A DNA stretch of 57,018 nt from a virus (lineage: Duplodnaviria; Caudoviricetes): the IMG/VR virus record IMGVR_UViG_3300033996_001518, positions 1-57,018 of that record; one strand, written 5' to 3'. The notes beneath the pieces are model-generated. The model had not been told where the DNA came from. It was given only the letters and a program-made list of their open reading frames with translations, and did no database searches. Every line of letters starts with the position of its first letter. Positions within the stretch are counted from its first letter, which is position 1. Positions 26,277 through 35,300 of this stretch are shown piece by piece. A program made the translations under genes and the position numbers.

Positions 26277-29200
26277 ATGAGAGCATTTATAACTCACACA
26301 ACTGAAAATTATGAACACATTACACTAAATTTAGTTAAAAGTATTCAAAAATATTCTAAATATAAAATTTTTGTTTATACCATAGATTATGATGGTTCAA
26401 GTGATTTACAAAAAGAAACAACTTGTATTAGATTAAACCTAAATCTACCTGAGATTGATGAATCAAGTTTTATTTCAAACGTTAATGGTAATTCATATGT
26501 TAACAGACAACAAATTAGAACATACCTAACATTAGGAGCTAAAGTTGATGTGATGTTAGACGCATCCTCAATTATAGATGAATGGGTTTATCTTGATTCA
26601 GATAGTATTGCAAATAAAAATATTGACGAACTATTTGATTATTGCGAAAAAGTAAAAGATTTTCCATTAGCGACTTTAGGTCCTTACGAATATGTTTTAT
26701 TAGTTAACCCTGACGGTTCTTTAGTTGGGAATCCATTTTGGAAAGAAAACAACACAATTGATTATGAAAACACTTTAGAGTGGCCATTAATGAAATTCAT
26801 GGGATTACAACCAAATCAAAGAAGTTATTATAAGACCACAAATCTTTTGGTCGGTAATTCTAACACAAAAGATTTCTTAAGAACATGGAAAGATACTAAA
26901 GATATTTTACCAAAATTAGTTTCATTAAAAGAGATTGCTCCATATCATGAAGAAACAATTTACAATGTACTAACATGGAAAATAAATCCAAATCATGAAG
27001 GATTACCAATTTCATACATTAATGTTACAGGAGCTGACACACTAAAACACTTCTTCAAATTTAACGGAAACAAACGTACAACAGTTAGAGAATTTTACAC
27101 AATACCTGAAGACAAAAATAACATAAAAGTTTTCCACGGAGAAAAACGTCAATCAGAAATTGATAAAATGTTTGAAATAATTGATGGTAATGACAAAATG
27201 AAAGTATTGTTTTTAGCTCCTCATTTATCAACCGGAGGTATGCCATCATTCCTATTAAAACGAATTGAATCGTTATTGAAATATTATCAAGATAAGATGG
27301 AGTTATTTGTTGTGGAGTATTCAAACCATAGTGACCATTATGTTGTTCAAAAAAACAGAATTAAAGAGTTAATACCATCAACCCATTTTTGGACATTAGG
27401 TGAAGATAAAAACGAATTAAAGAAAATTATTGAGGAAAATTATTTTGATGTAATCCATTTGGATGAAATGATTGAATCGTTTGATTATTATAATAAATTG
27501 TCAAATGAATTAATGAACTTCATTTACAAAAATGACCGAACTTGGAGAGTTGTTGAAACTTGTCATAATGTTGTATTCCAACCGGATAATGAAAAAATAT
27601 TCCACCCTGACTCGTATTCATTTTGTTCACCATTCCATAAGGAAGTAACCTTTACGAATATGCCATCACATGGTGAAGTAATTGAATTCCCTTATAACCC
27701 AACAATTGTATTATCAAAAGAAAGTGCAAAAAATAAATTAGGTTTAGACCCAAACAAAACACATATAATAAATGTTGGATTATGGACATCAGGTAAAAAT
27801 CAAGAAGAGGGTGTTGAAATTGCACGATTAGTTGAAAATTTTTACCCTGAGTTAGAATTTCATTTCATCGGAAACCAAGCCCCAAACTTCCAAAATTATT
27901 GGGAACCAATAATGAAAAATTTACCATCTAACGTTAGAGTGTGGGGTGAGAAAGACAATGTTAGTGATTTTATGGCCGCTGCTGATGTGTTAATGTTTAA
28001 TTCAACTTGGGAATGTAATCCATTAGTATTACGAGAAGGTATTTCTTACGGATTAAAAATATTAGCAAGAAACCTACCACAATATATGGATATGTTTACG
28101 CCTTACATTAAACAAATGTCAGGTGATATTTTTGATATGAAAAATCAACTTTTAGATTTAATCAAAGATGAAAAAGTTTACGAGTTTCCTTTATACACCG
28201 CAAAAGAATTTGCTGAAAAAAATTATGAATTATATCAACGAATATTAAATCAACCAATAAAGAAACAAATTATTATTGATGAAGAAGTTCAAATATTTCA
28301 ACATTTTGTTAAAGAACCATTTTTAGAAATAAAAGGAACAGGTGATAAAGACTATAATATTAAATTCTTTGACGAAGAAGGTGTTTGTCATTATGAAAAC
28401 ACAATAAAACCAAATCATTGGATTAAACTAAGTAGAAATTATTACACCAAATGGAGAACGACTGTAACTCGTGATAATGTTATTATCTATGATAATACCT
28501 TAGACTTTACAAACAAGAGAGTTTATATCGCATTTGATAGTAAATCATTAGGTGATTCAATTGCATGGATTCCTTATGTTATGGAGTTCAAAAAGAAACA
28601 CAATTGTAAAGTTATTGTGTCAACGTTTTGGAATCATTTATTTGAAAGTGAGTATCCGGAAATCGAATTTGTAACACCAGGCATACCTGTACCCAATTTA
28701 ATTGCAATGTATTCTATTGGATGGTTCTACGATAAAAATAAAGAACCAATTCAACCTAATTTAATACCATTACAACAAACAATAACTAACATATTAGGTT
28801 TAGATTATGTTGAAATACAACCAAAAATACATAACCCTACTAATCCAAGACCTTATCAGAAGAAATATGTCACCATTGCAACTAATTCAACGGCAGGATG
28901 TAAATTTTGGACAAGAGAAGCGTGGCAAACATTAATTAATCATCTTCATAGTTTAGGTTATAAAATAATAAATGTTTCAAAAGAGGATAACCCATTTGAG
29001 AACGTAAATAAAATTAAAAACACATCTATGTCTCACACCATAAGTGTTATTAATCACAGTGAGTTCTTTATAGGTTTATCAAGTGGTTTATCTTGGTTAG
29101 CTTGGGGATTAGGTAAAGAAGTTGTTATGATTAGTAATTTTACCCAACATGACCACGAATTTACAATAAATTGTACTCGAATTACAAATAAAAAAGTATG

Positions 29201-29351
29201 TAATGGATGTTGGAATAATCCTGAATTTACCTTCGATAAAGGAGATTGGAATTGGTGCCCCGTACATAAAGGAACTGAAAGACAATTCGAATGTCATACC
29301 TCAATCACACCAAAAATGGTTATAGACCAAATACAACATTTAATTAAATAA
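26277..29351 (+). CDS. three-domain glycosyltransferase: GT-A (GT8-like) + GT4-like GT-B + Aah/TibC-like autotransporter O-heptosyltransferase domain
   Basis: WVYLDSDSI (DxD); MKVLFLAPHLSTGG...GKNQ...ECNPLVLREGISYG; SKSLGDSIAWIPY, STAGCKFW, FFIGLSSGLSWLAW and CNGCWN...WCP.HKGT.RQFEC. Confidence 0.85.
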   Translation: MRAFITHTTENYEHITLNLVKSIQKYSKYKIFVYTIDYDGSSDLQKETTCIRLNLNLPEIDESSFISNVNGNSYVNRQQIRTYLTLGAKVDVMLDASSIIDEWVYLDSDSIANKNIDELFDYCEKVKDFPLATLGPYEYVLLVNPDGSLVGNPFWKENNTIDYENTLEWPLMKFMGLQPNQRSYYKTTNLLVGNSNTKDFLRTWKDTKDILPKLVSLKEIAPYHEETIYNVLTWKINPNHEGLPISYINVTGADTLKHFFKFNGNKRTTVREFYTIPEDKNNIKVFHGEKRQSEIDKMFEIIDGNDKMKVLFLAPHLSTGGMPSFLLKRIESLLKYYQDKMELFVVEYSNHSDHYVVQKNRIKELIPSTHFWTLGEDKNELKKIIEENYFDVIHLDEMIESFDYYNKLSNELMNFIYKNDRTWRVVETCHNVVFQPDNEKIFHPDSYSFCSPFHKEVTFTNMPSHGEVIEFPYNPTIVLSKESAKNKLGLDPNKTHIINVGLWTSGKNQEEGVEIARLVENFYPELEFHFIGNQAPNFQNYWEPIMKNLPSNVRVWGEKDNVSDFMAAADVLMFNSTWECNPLVLREGISYGLKILARNLPQYMDMFTPYIKQMSGDIFDMKNQLLDLIKDEKVYEFPLYTAKEFAEKNYELYQRILNQPIKKQIIIDEEVQIFQHFVKEPFLEIKGTGDKDYNIKFFDEEGVCHYENTIKPNHWIKLSRNYYTKWRTTVTRDNVIIYDNTLDFTNKRVYIAFDSKSLGDSIAWIPYVMEFKKKHNCKVIVSTFWNHLFESEYPEIEFVTPGIPVPNLIAMYSIGWFYDKNKEPIQPNLIPLQQTITNILGLDYVEIQPKIHNPTNPRPYQKKYVTIATNSTAGCKFWTREAWQTLINHLHSLGYKIINVSKEDNPFENVNKIKNTSMSHTISVINHSEFFIGLSSGLSWLAWGLGKEVVMISNFTQHDHEFTINCTRITNKKVCNGCWNNPEFTFDKGDWNWCPVHKGTERQFECHTSITPKMVIDQIQHLIK

Positions 29352-29380
29352 AAAAAGGGACTTAATGTCCCTTTTTTTAT
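29348..29380. terminator. bidirectional rho-independent terminator between convergent genes
   Basis: Perfect 14-bp inverted repeat ATAAAAAAAGGGAC-TTAAT-GTCCCTTTTTTTAT between the stops at 29351 (+) and 29383 (-). Confidence 0.9.
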
Positions 29381-29382
29381 TA

Positions 29383-32300
29383 TTATTTTATTGGTTTATA
29401 TTCCAATAAAACTTTCTCAACGTCTTTTCGTTCTGCGTATATTAAATAAAATACATTAATATCGTCACAACCACTATCTATAAAGACTTTGTTATCTTTA
29501 ATCTCAACAATGTAGTTTTCACAAGGTTTACCAATTGAGGTTAGATTCACTGTAAAACTATCTTCATGAACTAATCCAACCCAATAATCCGGTAATTCAA
29601 TTACTTTTTGTGTTGTACTACCTCTAAAGTAAACTCCATGTTCTGGTCCCTCTAAGACACCATATCTTAAACGATAACCTTCTTTAGTTGGATGAGGGAT
29701 ATCGAATGATTTGGATGCTGCGGTTAATGAACCTGTCATTACAGTATCACCAGTAATTCTTAATGTTGAACCATCAAATGTCGCATTTGTTTCAGCTTGT
29801 AATTCACCTGAGTTACCAGTTGCGGTGGTTAATCTATTATTAGCATTGTTCAGTATATTAGCAATACCACTAGTACCTGAAGTTCCACTAGTACCTGTTG
29901 TTCCTGATGTTCCATTAACACCTGAAGTTCCACTCGTACCTGTTGTTCCACTTGTTCCTGTCGTACCGCTAGTTCCCGAAGTACCTGTTGTTCCTGATGT
30001 TCCATTAACACCCGAAGTTCCTGATGTACCTGTTGTACCGCTAGTTCCTGTAGTTCCACTAGTTCCTGATGTACCTGTTGTTCCGCTAGTTCCTGTTGTT
30101 CCTGAAGTACCTGATGTACCATTTACACCCGAAGTACCTGATGTACCGTTAACACCTGAAGTACCACTCGTTCCTGTTGTACCACTTGTACCTGTAGTTC
30201 CTGAAGTACCTGAAGTTCCTGTTGTTCCTGATGTACCTGTTGTTCCTGATGTACCTGTTGTTCCACTAGTTCCTGATGTACCATTTACACCCGAAGTTCC
30301 ACTTGTTCCTGTAGTACCCGAAGTACCTGATGTACCTGTAGTTCCACTTGTTCCTGTAGTACCCGAAGTACCTGATGTTCCATTTACTCCCGAAGTTCCA
30401 CTTGTTCCTGTTGTTCCTGATGTACCTGAAGTTCCGTTAATACCTGAGGTTCCGCTAGTTCCTGTAGTACCTGATGTACCACTTGTACCTGTAGTTCCTG
30501 AAGTACCTGTTGTACCACTAGTCCCTGTTGTTCCTGAAGTTCCATTAACACCCGAAGTTCCACTTGTACCTGTCGTACCACTAGTCCCTGTTGTTCCTGA
30601 AGTTCCATTAACACCCGAAGTTCCACTTGTACCTGTCGTACCGCTAGTTCCACTTGTTCCTGTCGTACCGCTAGTTCCCGAAGTTCCACTAGTCCCTGTT
30701 GTTCCTGATGTACCATTAACACCCGAAGTTCCTGATGTTCCATCAATACCTGAAGTTCCACTTGTTCCTGATGTTCCATTTACTCCTGATGTCCCACTTG
30801 TGCCTGAGGTACCTGTTGTTCCTGAAGTACCACTAGTTCCTGATGTACCTGTCGTACCACTTGTTCCTGTAGTTCCTGATGTACCTGATGTACCATTAAC
30901 ACCTGAGGTTCCACTTGTACCTGATGTACCACTTGTACCTGTTGTTCCACTAGTTCCTGAAGTACCTGTAGTTCCTGATGTACCTGTTGTTCCTGAAGTT
31001 CCATTTACACCTGAAGTTCCACTAGTTCCTGTAGTTCCTGATGTACCTGAAGTTCCATTAACACCCGAAGTTCCACTTGTACCTGTTGTTCCTGATGTAC
31101 CTGTTGTTCCTGAAGTTCCATTTACACCTGAAGTTCCACTAGTTCCTGTAGTTCCTGATGTACCTGAAGTTCCATTAACACCCGAAGTTCCACTTGTACC
31201 TGTTGTTCCTGAAGTACCTGAAGTTCCATTAACACCAGAAGTTCCACTTGTACCTGTTGTACCACTAGTTCCTGATGTACCATCTATACCCGAAGTACCA
31301 CTTGTTCCTGACGTACCACTTGTACCTGTAGTACCTGAAGTACCGCTAGTTCCTGTCGTTCCTGATGTTCCACTTGTACCTGTCGTTCCTGAAGTACCTG
31401 ATGTACCATCCGTTCCCGAAGTACCGCTAGTTCCGTCAATGCCTGAGGTTCCACTAGTACCTGTTGTCCCACTTGTACCTGAAGTTCCACTAGTACCTGT
31501 TGTCCCTGATGTTCCGCTTGTACCTGTGGTTCCACTTGTACCTGTAGTTCCTGAAGTACCACTAGTTCCTGATGTACCATCTATACCCGAAGTACCACTT
31601 GTTCCTGACGTACCACTTGTACCTGTAGTACCTGAAGTACCGCTAGTTCCACTTGTTCCTGACGTACCTGTAGTTCCTGAAGTACCGCTAGTACCTGATG
31701 TTCCATCTATACCTGAAGTTCCTGAGGTACCTGTTGTACCGCTAGTCCCTGATGTACCTGTTGTACCGCTAGTTCCTGACGTACCTGTCGTACCGCTAGT
31801 TCCTGATGTTCCATCTATTCCTGAAGTACCACTTGTACCTGTTGTTCCTGACGTACCTGTCGTACCGCTAGTTCCTGATGTTCCATCTATTCCTGAAGTA
31901 CCACTTGTACCTGTTGTTCCTGACGTACCTGTCGTACCGCTAGTTCCTGAAGTTCCATCTATCCCACTTGTACCTGAAGTACCTGAGGTACCTGTTGTAC
32001 CACTTGTTCCTGAAGTTCCATCTGTTCCACTTGTACCTGAAGTTCCATCTATCCCACTTGTACCTGAAGTACCTGAAGTACCTGAGGTACCTGTTGTACC
32101 ACTTGTTCCTGAAGTTCCATCTATCCCACTTGTACCTGAAGTACCTGAAGTACCATCTGTTCCGCTAGTACCTGAAGTACCATCTGTTCCACTAGTACCT
32201 GACGTACCTGTTGTACCGCTAGTTCCTGATGTACCTGTTGTACCGCTAGTTCCTGACGTACCTGTCGTACCGCTAGTTCCTGAAGTTCCATCTGTTCCAC

Positions 32301-35300
32301 TTGTACCTGATGTACCATCTGTTCCACTAGTACCTGACGTTCCGTCAACACCACTTGTTCCTGAAGTTCCATCTGTTCCACTTGTACCTGAAGTACCTGA
32401 AGTACCATCTGTTCCACTAGTACCTGACGTTCCGTCAACACCACTTGTTCCTGATGTACCTGTTGTACCGCTAGTTCCTGAAGTTCCGTCTATTCCCGAA
32501 GTTCCACTTGTTCCTGAGGTTCCATCAATACCCGAAGTACCACTAGTTCCTGTTGTTCCACTTGTACCCGAAGTACCATCAATACCTGAAGTACCACTTG
32601 TTCCTGATGTTCCATCTATCCCAGATGTACCACTAGTACCTGATGTACCACTTGTTCCTGATGTGCCCGAAGTACCATCAATTCCCGATGTTCCGCTTGT
32701 ACCTGAAGTACCATCTGTACCACTAGTTCCTGAAGTTCCATCAATACCGCTAGTTCCTGAAGTTCCATCTGTACCGCTTGTACCTGAAGTACCATCTGTA
32801 CCGCTCGTTCCTGAAGTACCATCAATACCCGAAGTACCGCTAGTTCCGTTAATACCTGATGTCCCTGATGTCCCTGATGTTCCAGCAATTGCCCCAACTG
32901 ATGTTAATACAAATGAATAATATGAATTACCTTCAGTATAATATACCACTGACCTCGAACTTGAATCATTATTACTCAAATATAACCTAACAATCATTCT
33001 ATTTGTTGGGTCAATTGTTGTTGTCGGTAAAACAATATCGACATTAACCTCAACAGGTACCACAGAACTAACCCACCCAATTAAGGCAACGTTAGACGTT
33101 ATTGTTGGACCTATTGGTGTTCCCGACGAAGTTGCTAATTGAATTTCAACATAAGCATCGATATCATCATTTGATGCCGGTTTTAGATAATGTAAATGAA
33201 ATCTTTGTACACCACCAGGAATTACTGCAAAACCTAATTGTGGCGTTATGTAATCGGAAACCAAAACATTTTGTTGACTTCCTGTTAAATTTGTTGTTAA
33301 AGTTTGTGTTGTAGCCGTTGATGGGTCTGTTGATAATACTTTATAACCCGAAACATCACTATTCTGACTTTCATTGAAGTAAAATACCTGACCTGCGGAA
33401 ATACCATTTTCTCCACTTGTCCCTGAAGTACCTGTCGTTCCTGAAGTTCCACTTGTTCCTGTTGTACCACTAGTACCGGTTGTTCCTGAAGTACCACTTG
33501 TTCCTGTTGTTCCGCTAGTACCTGAAGTACCGTCAGTTCCACTAGTACCTGTAGTTCCACTAGTACCTGATGTACCATCTATTCCACTTGTACCCGATGT
33601 TCCACTTGTACCACTAGTTCCTGATGTACCATCTGTTCCGCTAGTCCCTGATGTACCATCTGTTCCGCTAGTCCCTGAAGTTCCATCGGTTCCGCTAGTC
33701 CCTGATGTTCCATCAATTCCTGAAGTACCACTAGTTCCCGTTGTACCACTTGTTCCTGATGTACCATCCGTTCCTGAAGTACCTGTAGTACCACTAGTTC
33801 CTGAAGTACCCGTAGTTCCACTAGTTCCTGATGTACCTGATGTACCTGTCGTACCACTAGTCCCTGAAGTTCCCGAAGTTCCGTCCGTTCCACTTGTTCC
33901 TGAAGTCCCGGTTGTTCCCGAAGTACCACTTGTACCTGATGTTCCGTCAATTCCTGAAGTACCACTAGTTCCCGTTGTACCTGAAGTACCTGAAGTGCCA
34001 TCTGTTCCGCTAGTTCCTGATGTACCATCAATACCTGAAGTACCTGAAGTACCATCAATACCTGATGTTCCACTTGTTCCCGAAGTACCTGAAGTACCAT
34101 CAATACCACTAGTTCCTGACGTACCTGAAGTTCCATCTATTCCTGAAGTACCTGATGTTCCGTCAACACCACTTGTTCCTGATGTACCATCAATTCCTGA
34201 AGTCCCTGAAGTTCCATCAATACCTGATGTACCTGAGGTCCCTGAAGTTCCACTTGTTCCTGATGTCCCATCAATTCCTGAAGTTCCACTAGTCCCTGAT
34301 GTACCATCTATTCCACTTGTACCTGAAGTTCCACTTGTACCGGTTGTTCCTGAAGTACCGCTAGTACCTGAAGTACCGTCAATACCTGAAGTTCCACTTG
34401 TTCCTGTTGTTCCTGAAGTTCCACTTGTACCTGAAGTCCCATCAATACCTGAAGTTCCACTAGTACCTGAAGTACCATCAATTCCTGAAGTACCTGACGT
34501 TCCGTCAATACCACTTGTTCCTGAAGTACCGTCAATACCTGATGTTCCTGAGGTACCTGATGTTCCATCAATTCCTGAAGTACCTGAAGTACCATCAATT
34601 CCTGAAGTTCCACTTGTTCCTGAAGTACCGTCAATACCTGAAGTTCCACTTGTACCTGATGTTCCATCTATTCCGCTAGTACCTGAAGTACCATCTGTAC
34701 CTGAGGTTCCACTAGTCCCTGATGTACCTGACGTTCCGTCAATACCGCTAGTTCCACTTGTTCCCGAAGTTCCATCTATTCCTGAAGTCCCACTTGTTCC
34801 CGAAGTTCCATCTATTCCTGAAGTACCACTTGTACCTGATGTTCCATCAATTCCTGAAGTACCTGATGTACCATCTATTCCTGAAGTACCACTTGTACCT
34901 GATGTACCATCTATTCCTGAAGTACCACTTGTACCTGATGTACCATCTATTCCTGAAGTTCCACTAGTTCCTGATGTACCATCAATTCCTGAAGTTCCTG
35001 AAGTTCCGTCAATACCACTTGTTCCTGATGTACCATCAATTCCTGAAGTACCTGACGTTCCGTCAATACCACTAGTTCCTGAAGTTCCGTCAATACCACT
35101 AGTTCCTGAAGTTCCGTCAATACCACTAGTTCCTGAGGTACCTGATGTACCGTCTGTCCCACTTGTTCCTGATGTTCCTGATGTACCATCTATCCCTGAA
35201 GTTCCACTTGTACCTGAAGTACCTGACGTTCCATCTATTCCTGAAGTACCACTTGTTCCTGAAGTTCCTGATGTACCTGAAGTTCCGTCTATTCCTGATG

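Noticed and set aside
24427-29351. Invertible segment or transposon explaining the opposite-strand cassette
   Set aside because: No recombinase or transposase, and no terminal inverted repeats at the two ends. The right boundary is a simple bidirectional terminator.
29711-32920. 1069-aa + strand ORF of VPEVPLVP repeats
   Set aside because: Antisense shadow of the Gly-X-Y codons, which lack stops in that frame. It has no ATG start or promoter context and closely tracks the repeat tract.
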